From NCBI RefSeq assembly GCF_009834535.1, contig NC_045705.1:33356001-33420000 (forward strand): a stretch of 64,000 bases of DNA, in the 5' to 3' direction. A model generated the notes under the pieces. It searched no databases and was not told the origin of the DNA. It worked only from the letters and a program-made list of their open reading frames with translations. Source of the DNA: Camelus ferus (taxonomy: Eukaryota). The translations under genes and the position numbers were made by a program. This document shows, piece by piece, positions 28,891-41,400 of this stretch (positions are counted from its first letter, which is position 1; each line of letters starts with the position of its first letter).

Positions 28891-31417
28891 GTAACCAGAG
28901 GGAATTTAAAAAAGAGAGAGTCTGTTATGCTGATGGGTGACTTTTAAGCATTTATTAATTTTTGTTTCTACTTATTTGGGGGAATTTTGGCATTTTATTA
29001 CATTTTTAAAAAGGTAAAGTATTCAAGATCCAGAAACAAACTTCTAGGTCTCTCTAATACAGAGAGATGAGTAGATTTCAGAGGGGTGAGAGCAATTCCG
29101 TAAGTTTATGCTTTGGTGTGTTCTTTGATTTTATATATATTTTTTCTGGAGTAGACTAACAAACTTTTGTTTTCAGAGCCCAAACCAAAAGTTGATTTTT
29201 TTTTTGGCATGTTGCGTGTGGGTTGGGAAAGGAATTTGTCCGGGTCGGAAGCTGGTTATACAGATGGTTCTTCATCTGTTTCAAAAGTTTTCCTCCCGCT
29301 TTTATCATTAAATCTGTGGAAGTGGAAAGTTGCAGGGGAGCTTTGCAGCTTATATGGTGGTATTTTTACCCCCAGAGAGTTTGAACGGCCTAGATCCGCT
29401 TCAGCCCTGCTGTTCCTGGGTGGATCCCTCTTTTACTTTTCCAGGTGCGGTGGGTGGGAGCCTCATTCTGCTAGACGTAGCTGCCCTGCTTTGCCTTATA
29501 AAAGAAAACAAATGGATCCATGTTAACTGAATTGCCATTTCCTTGCTTCTAAAACTACCTTTGATGGCAAAGATTTGTGGAGGTGTTGTATGTTCAGTCT
29601 GCATATACGGTAACATTTGGTTTATGTGCTTAAAGGGATAAGGAAATTCTAATCATGCTTTTTAGTTCACCTGAGTAAAGTGGCAACACACTTGAAGATA
29701 TTTTCAGCTCTGCTCTCTCTGAAAGGGCCTTAGATTAAAATAAGGTTAGGCTAAGAGTATAACACCCATATAAACTTTAGTGTTTTGAGTGCATCCGAGA
29801 AAGCACAGAGGAATTCTTAAAACCATACTGAAAGTTGTTTTTTGGAGGTGAGTTTTTTGTTTGGTTAATTTGCCGTGAAATCAGAAATCTGTAAGAGCTG
29901 AAGGCCCATGACTGTGCTTTCATATCTTATATTTAATCTTAAGATTTGTTTTTTTGTTTGTTTTGCAAATACATTCTTGCAAAAATACTGATTCTAGATA
30001 ATTATATAGCCAACTCATCAGTAGCTGAAAACTGGGTGTTCTCTTCCTTCTCCCTTTGAAAATGCGAATCATTCTGAAAATTATAACTAGAATAGATACT
30101 ACTATAATTGTAAAAAGATGCGCTTTAATATGTAAGCTGCTCATTAGATTTAAACTGGTATGTAACTATAATAATCCTCTGATTTTTGTGCCCACCCCCC
30201 AACCCCTCAATTCCTTTTAGACTAGAACACTTCCTTAAATTTCCTTTCCAGAACAAGAGTATTTCTTGAATGTTGATTTCATTCTTGTGAGGTTGTGGCT
30301 TCAGAGGAAATAGAACTTTGTTCTACATTTTAATGTAATTTATACAAGGGCTATAGTAAGATTTTAATGTCTGGATCTCCTAATTAGAGCAAATGCAGTT
30401 GAAAAGAAAGAAAAAGGACAATGTGTACAGTCTGTTGAGCTGTAGTTCTTATTTCATTTCCAATTTTTTTTTTTTTCAAATGCCCTCTCTGTCTTGACTT
30501 CAGTCGGTGGGTGGGGGTTTGTTGGTGAATCTTTGGGAGGGTTGGTCTTGTTGCTGCCANNNNNNNNNNNNNNNNNNNNNNNNNNNNNNNNNNNNNNNNN
30601 NNNNNNNNNNNNNNNNNNNNNNNNNNNNNNNNNNNNNNNNNNNNNNNNNNNNNNNNNNNNNNNNNNNNNNNNNNNNNNNNNNNNNNNNNNNTTTGTGTAG
30701 CTGCCGTGAGCATCCTCATTAACTAGCATCCAGGACTATTTTCACGAACTGAGGCATTGTTTTGACTGGTGTGTACTGTTAGAGCCTTTTGGTTGATAAG
30801 ATGGAAGATTTGTCTTTTATCTTACCTGGACTAGTTCTTCCAGGAAATATAAGGGGTGTGAATAAGTACATTTTTAGTTTTTGTTTTGCTCCTCATTTTG
30901 GTTTGGGAGTAAAAGATGTCAAGTAAGTGTGAGTTGTGCGGATTTTTCTTTCCTTGTTGGACTCCTATATACTGTTGGGTTTCTTTGTTATATGACTAAG
31001 GTATGGTCTGTGTTCCAGGTGGGGGTCTCTTGGGTGATTATAGAGTTCTAGTGCCTTTCATAGGACTCCAGTTATAGAGAATCAAAGGGACTAGAATATG
31101 TTCTTTCAGCTAGGATGAAAACTGGGACGATTGGAAATCTTAAAAGAAAGAAAGAAAGAAAAAAAGGCTCTGAGTAATTGAAATTCAGCCTTAGGTTTAT
31201 GAGGTAGTTGCTCTCTAGGGATGGGTGAGACAGGATGGATGCAAATAAATTAAGCATAGATCACTATTCAGTTACAATAACAAAATGGTTAGCTCTGTAT
31301 AATTTATTGCTTTCAATTTTGGTACCTGGTGGTCCCCTGTTACTGACTGCCAGCCCTGCCTCTTCCAACCCCCTCCTTGTTTTTTTTACTGAGTGCTAAG
31401 CATTTTGCATAAACTAT

Positions 31418-31447
31418 GTTTTTAAATTGAAGTATAATTGATTTACA
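31418..31447 (-). mobile_element. 30-bp L1 3' tail insertion
   Basis: TTTTTAAATTGAAGTATAATTGATTTACA between 12-bp TSDs TGCATAAACTAT (31406-17 and 31448-59). Confidence 0.75.
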
Positions 31448-34079
31448 TGCATAAACTATTAATTTTCCACAAAAACTTTTTTGTTTTTGTTTATTTTTTG
31501 TTTTTTTAAGGAATTTGAGCCTCAGAGAAGCTGAGGTTTGCTGAAAATTTCACTGCTTCTAAGTGGTCAAGGGCAGGATTAAACCCTGATCTGACTAACT
31601 AGAAAGTTCATGGACTTAACCATTAAAACATTGCCATTCTCCAGACAGAACAGAAACAAGAGCCAGAACTACAATGAGCTCTTGCTTGAGCAGGAGTGTC
31701 TCCTCTTGCTGAGGGTCAGTGCTCAGATTTCTAACCCTCTCCATGTTAGGGTAATGTATGTAAAAAAAAAAAAAAAAAAAAATCCATTTTCCATAAAGCC
31801 TATGGGAGCTAGATATTCTAGAATGGATATTATCTCAACCTTTAGAGTAGGGATCTTTCCATATGCACACCATTGCTGTCATAATTTCATAAACTTACTG
31901 GAAATACCTCAAACTTCATTTGATTATCAGTGAAAGTTTTTCTTTTTAACAGAATTTTCAGGCATGTGGTTTGGAATAATATTGCCAGCTTGCAGGGAGA
32001 GGTTTGTAATAGGTAGTTCAAATAATGTTTATAACATTGTATTAAAAATTGTCTATTTATTTTTATTTTTGTCTTTCCGTCTAGACTGAGTTGTTTGAGG
32101 GTAGGTACTGTTTTATCTCTATCCTCTTTGCACCTATCTTAGTGTCTGGTATTCCCTGAAGTGCTCAGTAAGCCTTGGTTAAATAAGGTACTTGATGGGA
32201 ATCAGTGAGGAACTTTTGTGGGGAAGGCTGAAAGGAAGTTGAGATAGGAAGCAATACAACATAGGTTAATAAAATTGTGGTGTAATTTTGAAACTTTAGT
32301 CTGTAGTTTAACCTTTTATGTATCTCCTACCTTCCATTTTTAAGTAAAGTTTCTGGAAGTAATTGAAGAATTAAATTTAAAATTTTTATTTAATCCTACT
32401 TCCTTTCTGGGCAAGCAGTACAAAAAATAGTGTGACAAGTAAGGGTCCTAGTCAGTTCATTTCATAATATAGGCTGCTGTTGACTTAAGACAGCGAAACC
32501 TTAAATGTAGCCATTTTCTAGAGGAGAGGAACTGGTTACCCAGAACATATTAGGACCGCAGCAGGGAAGTATTGCTTTCAGCCATGTTGGAAGTGAATGA
32601 TTTATATACTTGTTAATAAAAACATAAAACCTTGGGATGATAATTTTGGACATTGGTATTTCAAAGAAAGTATGGTTGGATATCATTGTATTTTTTGTCA
32701 CTGCTTTCGCCATGAAACTTGAGGAGATTTTGTTCACAGAGTGTGTTGGGAAGTTTGAGTTTAAGAACCCAAATTAATTTTCATAGGAAATTGAAGTAAT
32801 AGTAACAAGAAATTTGCTTAAATGAATGAGCTATAGGTTATCAGTATGTGATTTCACGGTCTCTTCCTTCAAAACAGGGGTTAAATGCTATGAGAGGCTG
32901 AAATAGGAATTGCTTTGCCTAAATGCAGCTGCCTCTGAGGTTTCCAATAGAGTGCATTGATATAGCCTGGCAGGGAGATTGTAAAGTGGGGGAAGAACAA
33001 CTGTTCTGATTAGAACTAACAAGGGGGAAATAAGGATATGAATTGATATGTATTTAGTTACATTGTATAATGTATTTTTGGATGTAACTTTTTTCCCCCT
33101 TAATTCTACTTGGAGTTACATGTCATTGATCCTTAAATATTAAGTGTTGAGAACTGGGCCCACATTTACTATTCTGGTTCAGGGACAGTGTTCCTCATTT
33201 TTAAGGCCATTTCCTCTCCAGGGAGTCCTTAAGTCTGACTGAAATGGTGTGGGCAATTTAGAGCAGGGATATAGTGGGGACATTCTGAGGATCCAGAGTA
33301 TTTTTAAAGTCTTCTTGGATGGCCAACAGGTAGCTTGGTCATGACTTTTGCAAAACATGTCCCATTTTGTGATGATAAAAGCAACTTTAACTTTTTATTT
33401 TGAAAACGTTTCAAACTTCCAGGAAAGTTGGAAGAGTAGCACAGTAACTCTTGTATACCCTTCCCTTCTCTTGAGAACAGTTGTTAGAATTTTGCTGCAA
33501 ATGTTTTATTTACTATTTACTATTTTTGGATCAATATGGTGACCAAACAGAACTTCCAATCTGAGCGTTCCATAAACATGGAAAGGCAAAACAGCTTTGC
33601 ATGGGTAAGAACATGGATGCTGGAGCCAGACTGCCTGGGCTCAAATTCTTATTCTGTCACTTAACTACTAAGTAACCTTGGGCAAATTGTTTAATTGCTC
33701 TCTGCCTTGGTCTCTTTGTCTGTAAAATGAGGACAGTAATACTAACCATTTTATAGGATCGTTGTGATGATGAAGTGACTTAATGCGTACAAACTCATAG
33801 GACCATGCCCAGCTCATAGTTACACATTGTGTTTGCTATTAGAATGGATACTTCAAATGAATTCAAACATTGTTTGTTGGACTAAGTGCCCTTTAATGTA
33901 TCTTAAAACCTGAAACCCTGTGGTAGATATAAATGCTTATATTACAGAATAAATGGGCTTCCTGGATGGATATGCTAATTTTTTTATGGGCAAAAAAGTG
34001 TCTTTAACAATAGGCAGGTCTGGGGAGTTGTGCGGACAAGGTTGTTCAAAATAATAAGGGTGCTATGGGAATGGATAAC

Positions 34080-34237
34080 ATTTTTTTGGTTGGGGGGAGG
34101 TAATTAGGTTGGTTGGTTTGTTTATTTATTTATCTATCTAATGTTACTGTTTTTTTAACAGAGGTACTGGGGATTGAACCCAGAACCTCGTGCATGCTAA
34201 GCATGCACTCTACCATTGAGCTACAATCTTCCCCCTC
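34080..34237 (-). mobile_element. tRNA-derived SINE (Vic-1-like)
   Basis: Reverse complement of ...GTAGCTCAATGGTAGAGTGCATGCTTAGCATGCACGAGGTTCTGGGTTCAATCCCCAGTACCTC; 14-bp TSD TGGGAATGGATAAC (34066-79 and 34238-51). Confidence 0.88.
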
Positions 34238-37200
34238 TGGGAATGGATAACTCTTAATAAAGGAAAGTGAGGTGTGAGTAGGGGAAGAGAAGCTTATGTC
34301 AAAGCTTGTATGTCTTGCAGTAATTTACAAGACTTGGATACTATAGGGGAAAGAATAGCTATACAAGTTTTTCCTACCTTTTTGTATCTACAAGAGACAG
34401 ACAAAACTCTAGCATCCAAGGGTAAACTTCCTTTAATTTCTGCAGAGAATGGATTGAAAAAGCTTTGGTTGGGTTTATTATTCTTGACTTTGAACCAGAT
34501 TCTTTTCCTTGACGTCTCACTTGTCCAACCAGGATTTTGTGGGATAATACTCAGTTTTGAATATAGAGGGAACAATTACATAGAAATGAAGGCAGTCTTT
34601 TATTACCTTTTTTCTTGAAGTAAACCTCCCTCTTTTATGTTCAAGAAACATCATTCTCTATTTTCAACCCTTATTTATGAACATTTGCAAAACTGGGACT
34701 TGTAGAAATTTTGAGTTCATCAATGCTTCCTGTGAGAAGTGTGCTTCTGAGAAAGAGGTCTGCTCTTGTATGTGGAAAAGCCGAACTCTAGTCTGTGGGA
34801 AATATCTGTGTTAGATGTAGCCTTGCCTAGAAACTTTTGGCTTCTTGTAGCCTAAGATTTGCCTTCTTTTTTCCTTCCCTTCATACTAAATAATCCATGA
34901 AACTAGCGTTCTGAATAGTATTTAAACTAATTTCTATTGGCACTCCATAGTTTCCTATCATAACTCTGTCACCCAGCTCTCCATTTTTTTTTTTAAACCC
35001 AAATTTTCCTCTACTGATTCTCCTACATTTCTTTTTGTTTTCTTTCCTCTTCTTTGGTGTCTCCCTTTGCTTCCCCTATTTTTCTTTCGCCTTAGATTGG
35101 TAGTCTTCATGGGCATCGTTTTGCCTCAGTAACACTTAATATGGAAGAAATTTCTAATTCTTAATAGAATAAATTGTACATGTGTTGAAGCTACAAATAT
35201 TAGGATACTGCTTCTGTTTTATTTCAGTTAGATCTAGATTAGGATTAATTGTTGTAGTTCAAGAAGATTCATCTCTTCTTGTAGTTCAGATAGTTTTTAT
35301 CCTTCTGGTTTTGAAATCTCTCCATATTTACTAATTAGTTACTCATTTTGGCTCTGTTGACAGTAGAGCAAAAAGAACTTTTCCCAAAGTAAATTGTCAC
35401 TTTTGTGTGTGCTTCCCATTTCTATATTGCAGTGTGGTAGCCCATTGAGAGAGATCTCTTTGTGGAGTAAAAAGATTTTTGTTTTAGGAAGCTTATATTT
35501 TAAGAAGCCAAAATATATATTCTGATGGCTGCTGACCTAAGACATTGTTATAGAAACTAGGTCAACTTTTCAGTACTTTTATAAAGCACTTACAGTTCCC
35601 ATTTCATTGCAAGTGAAGTAAATCTCATTGAAATAAAGTAGCTGGTGTATATTCAGTACACTTTTAAAATAGAGTAGTCTATTTTAAAGGAGAAATTGAT
35701 GCCAATCTGATTTCTTTCCACTGTTTCTTTGTTGGAATGGGGGAAGTTTTGTAACTTCTCTGCTGTTCTGCTCTTTGTTGACTGCTTTGTAAACCAGGCA
35801 GAATTGGCAATTTGAATGTCTGTCTTGCTAAAGTCAGCCAAACCTCCAGGCAAGGCTATCCGAGAACCTAGCTGATCGGCCTAAGGTCATAATTAGAAAA
35901 AAATGTATAGAAAGAAAATGAAACAATGTTGATTTATTTTTCTAAAATTTAACTTTTTGTTTTCATTGAAAAAGTAAAACTTCATTCATTCAAAAGAAAT
36001 TTGAGAGCCTGTGGTACCCTAGATAGACTTCACAGAGCTTACATTCTAATTGGGAGAGGTAGATGTTAAGTAAGTAAATATATAGTATGTCAGAGTGTGA
36101 TAATACTGTTGAGAAAAAATAAAGCAGAATTTGTAGGGTGGTAAATAAGAAGCACAAGGGTAGGAGTGAGGTGGTTTAATATAGAGTGGTCAGGGAACAC
36201 CTCATTTATCAGGTATGTTTGAGAGAGACCTAAAGAAATTCGAGTGAAGTCTTGTTGATAGGAGTACAAAGTGCTAAGGCCCTGAAATGATTGTTACCAG
36301 CAAGCCAGAGAGATGGGGGCAGAAGTAGACCTGTTCAGACAGGTCCAGTGAGTTTATTTGGGGGAAGGAGGGACAATATAGGACCTCATCCTGCACTACA
36401 CAGTACAGGGAAAAGTCTCACTTCAGAGCCCAGAGACAACAGCTGTTAACAATTTTCAATGTGTTTATAAGGAGTTGAGGCAACACCTGGCCCAGCCTCC
36501 ATCTTTGTCTCATTGCAGAGGTTCCATGTGAGTATAATCACATAATTGACAGAGTAGCAGGATGTTTGTATGTGTTTGGAAAGTGAGATCAAAATTTTCT
36601 TCCCTAGAGAAATCTATTTCTCTACCTTCTTATCTACAGAGTCAGATTTCTATGAACAGAAGATGTGACAGCCTAGATCTGGTACAGTTTCCTTTTGAGT
36701 ACCTTTGTTGGTTTGGTTTATGACCAAATACTATGCCTACCCCACTTACCTACTGCTTTTCTTTTTACTCATTAGACCAAAAAGCTCCTGCTTCCCCACA
36801 AGCTGTAATCATTGGGATTTAATGGCTTCAGGAGCCAGTTATAGGTCACCATATCCATATTTATGTCTTGCATGTCAGGGAAGAAAATCACCCCTGATAA
36901 CTAACTGTATGTCTGTTTTCCCTCTTCATATGTGTATTTAAGCAGTAATGGTTGTTAAAGTATATGCTGAACCACTTGGCCTTGTTGACTTTGGGACTGA
37001 GGAAGAAGCACCAACTATTTAGTGATTGATGTTTTATGTTAACCCCATATTTGAAAGTAAAAGGATATTTGATTACCAGAGTAGGTAGTTGTGTCTTGAG
37101 TTACCCATTCTTACTATCCCTCTCAAGATTTCTAGTTTAGCTAGTCTGAATTTCAGTGAGAGTTTCTCTGTCTCTGTCTCTCTTGGTTTGGAGTTTAGCC

Positions 37201-37567
37201 CTAGAACTTGACCTGGTTACCCTCTGCTCTTCCCTTTAATTATACCTATCTAGTTGTCATCCTATCTAGAAGTCAGTCATCCTGTTACTTAATATCATCC
37301 TTGGGAGATGACCTCAATCAGGAAACATTTTTTCCCCCTTCCATCCCTTTCTCCTTTGGTCAGGTAACTATCATCTTGCATAGGAGATATTCTAGGCAAT
37401 CAGATTCCCCCAGATTTTGAAATTTTTTAAATAACTGCTTGATATGTATTATTTCAACATTTATGGATGCTTGTAGTTGTTCTGAGTTTGTCTTTCAGTG
37501 CCATTCTTTTTTCCTAAGTCTTTAGTGACATACTTCCTTGTGGAAATGTTTCTCTTTATGCTTCTTC

Positions 37568-37671
37568 CTCTTTTTTTTTTTTTTTTTTTTTTGGTGGAGG
37601 TACTGGGAATTAAACCCAGGACCTCGTGCATGCTAAGCATGCACTCTGCCACTGAGCTGTACCCATTCCTC
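37568..37671 (-). mobile_element. tRNA-derived SINE (Vic-1-like)
   Basis: Same body; polyT; 11-bp TSD TATGCTTCTTC (37557-67 and 37672-82). Confidence 0.88.
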
Positions 37672-38242
37672 TATGCTTCTTCTGAAAACATCTTGCTACT
37701 CACTTGCTCTCACTTAACGCAGAAGTTAAAGTGACTTGCGTGGATAAATGTCAGAGGTAACACTTGAATCCAGAGTTTCTGTTTATTTCTGTTGTCAACT
37801 GGGCTAAAGTTATCTAGGGTCTTGAATGCTAGAGTTAGGGCTTTGGACTTCTTTTGGGGTGAAATGTGGAACCAATCTTTGAAAATGTGGCACAGCTCTT
37901 TGTTCCTTGTAGAAAACTTAAACTAAGTTATTTGAAAAATAATCGGATTGTCCAGTCTGCAGTGTAAATAGGGATATCCTCCAGTGTAGCAACTCAGGAT
38001 TCCAAAGAAGTGAGACCATTCTTCCTTTTAGATTCTGAGTCTAGAAAATAGGATTTAGATTTATGTCATTCCAGCCATCTTTATATTTAAATCCATGTTT
38101 TCAGAGAGCCTCTAATCCAGACTGAATAATGATCTGAGTTGTCTGGTGAAAACAGTAAAGCAGGTCCAAATAATGTATTATAATGAGTGCCCTTTGGGGA
38201 GAGGAATGTGGTAGTCAGAGGGTTGTCAGGGATAGGCCAGTA

Positions 38243-38431
38243 CAGTGGTTCCCACCAGCTGACTAACAGAATCACTTTGAGGGCTTTTCAGAAACATAAA
38301 TTCTGAGGCATTCCCTGCAGAGCTTGAGGTATGGCGGATGGAGAGGTAGATTTGGGAGGTTGTATTAAAAAAAAAAACAACACACAAAACAAACTTCCAG
38401 GTGATTTGATCACAGGTTTGAGGACCACAAA
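38243..38431 (+). mobile_element. MER5-type hAT-Charlie MITE, diverged
   Basis: CAGTGGTTC...AGAATCAC...CCAGGTGAT...TTTGAGGACCAC. Confidence 0.6.
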
Positions 38432-41400
38432 ACCTAGACATTTAAGCTACATACCTATGTCATTTCTCAGATGGGTGATTATTTAAATAGTATGAGAAGT
38501 AGAGAAGAATAGTTCATGGTGGTAGACATGGTAAGTTTGAAATTTTCTACCTCTGTATCCTGTATTGTTTTGGAATTACACATGTCATTGCCTGATTAGG
38601 GGATTATGCCAGCACTTAGTTGGAATGTAGGACTTGCTTCTTAGGGGAAGGGAAACTTTTAGACCCTATCTCCATTTCCCCTCTCCATTTTGAAATTGTG
38701 GAACAAATTCAAGAGAGGATGTTAGCATTGAAACTCAGCTGGACAATTTGTTTAAAACTCAACAGGAAGGGCCAATGTTACTTCCCGTCTGAAAAGGAAG
38801 TGCTGGCTTCCTTCCCTTACTCCTTGGCTAAGGCTGGTCAACTTAGAATATGGGTGGGGGAGGGCTGATCATGTTAATACTTTAACTGGCTACCCAGGCC
38901 TTGGGAAATTGGATTACTGTCAATGTTCAAAGTGCATAATTTTTGCTCCCTTCTCAGCTGTATGGGCTCGTGTCTCCTTGACCTTAAGTGATAGCCCTGT
39001 ACTAGGTTTGTTGCAGTCCAGGAAGCCTTCCAATCTCTTAGACATTATTTGACATTTAACTCTATACTGAAAATAGATTGAGGAGTTGTAGAGAAGAAAC
39101 TGAAATCCATTTGACACTGAGGAGTAGGTTGTGGAAAGGAGAATATAATCAGGCAGAAAGGAGTAGATGACAAAAGTTTCTTATTTTTAAATTGAGCCAA
39201 GAAAGCATTCCTTCTGAGAGGGGCCAGTTGGCATTCTTCCTGCTATTTTAGTACTGGCTTCTCCTTCCTACTGGCCAGTCAATTGTATTAAGTGTTTGAT
39301 GTGAGTTTGAACTGTGGTCTCTGGGGGTGGGGGAAGGGAGAGTGGTGGAAACAGCTGGTGCCTTCATCAAGCTATCTCAATTATGCTTCTTTTCAGGGTG
39401 TTTAGCGGTGGGGGGGTGGTAGAGGAATTGGATGTGTGTTAGCAGAGTCCCAGCAACTCTCAGTAGTGGGATTGGATTCTTGGGCACTCTTAATGCTATG
39501 TGGGATGTTGGCTAGTTGGAATGTAGCAAAACCTTTCCCAATCACATTCTTTTCTCAGCCTCCCCTCCCTTCAATCTTCAGCTTTGGGCCTGATTTGGAA
39601 AGAAAGGGATATGTGGGAAGTTAGATAGTAAAACAGATTCATACTTTTACAATCGTTGAATGTTCAGCTTAAGTCTTGGGCTCTTCCATTGATTTTCTCC
39701 TTATCCATTTTTTATTCCTTTGGTTGAGTTTTCTAAATATGTCTGCAAACAGCCAGAGATACAATTAGAACCAGGACGTCTGGTGAAATCATACTGAATT
39801 GCGATCAGTTGGCTCTACTGGTCTCCTTTCCTCCCTCACACCATGGGCTGACTGTATTTCGGAATCAGCACGCATACGAAATAGACACAGATGATTGATT
39901 CGTTCTTGCAAGCAGCACGCATTCAACGATCTGCTCAATTTGAGACAGAGAGCCTGTCAAGCTTCCATTTGGAGCAGCAGCATTGATATGGGTGTGTCTA
40001 GTTCTCTGTCTGGGGTGTGTCTTTTATAACCCTCTTTTTTTTTTTTTTTTTTTAAAGAAGTATCTCAGAAAACTGTCCTATTAGACTCTTCTATTTTTTA
40101 CCTGCTTTTGGTATAACCGTGTCACACAGTAGTACTTAGTTGACTGATTTATTTGGTCTAGGCTATGGATGACGGAGAATTGGATAAGAATACTAACAAC
40201 TGTAACTAATTTTTAAAGTTATTCTTGAGTGAAAAAAGGAGTCAGTGCTAGGTAAACTTTTGTGTGTGTGTATGCTTCAGTGATAGAGTTTACAGTGGCT
40301 AGGCCCTGCTGTTAAATTCTGTTCTAAAACATAGTGTTGCTAAATATTCTTTTTCTTCTATCCTGCCCTAGAACGGCTGACTATTGTGTATATACCTGCC
40401 CCAACTCCTTTCACCTGGTCATATCATATCCAGATACTGACTAATTCCTTCTAAGTGTGCTGTTTTAGACTTAGCTCTTTTTGCCCCATCATGTATGGTC
40501 TAAATCAGGCTTCTGCCCAGAGTACTTCTAGCAGATCCAAGAAGGGGAAAGAAGTCGAGGAGAAAAGATAAGAAATGATAGCATATTAGTAGTTAGTTGT
40601 CTGAAATGTCCCTCTGGTTGGAGAACTCTGTGTTGGGCCTCGTGCTTTGCTTTATGCAAAGGGAATTGAGCTCTGGGGGCAAAGGGTGTTACTTTTTTGG
40701 ATTTCAAGAATTTCTGGCTAATGGAGCTTGACTTCTATTTGCATCTTTGCTTCTGGGGTTTAGGGCTAACATCCACTGAGCTTGTACAAGATAATAGAAG
40801 AATGTATCATTTATCCCATTCTTGGTATCAGCTGAAGACACTTATTAGGAAGGGGGGGCTTTCTTTTCTGATGAAGTTCCGAATCTATAGCCCCTGACCC
40901 ACTCCATGGAGAATAGTGAGCAGGAAAAGCTGAGTTTGCTGTCTTGCCCTTTTTGCTGCAAGGGTTACTGTTCAGTTCCTAGTGGGGCTCCTTTCATTCC
41001 CTAGGGAAGTCGAGAACTTTGCTCCCAGCACCTGCTAGTGCCTATCCTGCCTCTTTGTAGGGTGGAGTCTGCTGCCTTTGTTCTCTGCCGGGCCTCTTAG
41101 GAATCAACTTTTTGCTTGTGGGGAAAGTAGTTCGAAAGACTTAGAAAACAGTAGAAGTTGGTGATAGAGGACGTGAGGGAGGATGTGCCCTAAAGTAGTT
41201 CTCCTGGTGCGAATATTCCATTGACTGAATTCAGGTTGGGGATCAGATTGCTATGATGAAGCTTTCTATGGGATGTATCACATGTAGCTGAGTATAATAG
41301 CAGTAGCTTTAAAATCCCCAGTGTAAAGTGAAGAAACTAGTCAAATAGGAGTCTTTAAAATCCTCTCTTCCACTCTGAACCCTTAGATCCTTACGCAGTA

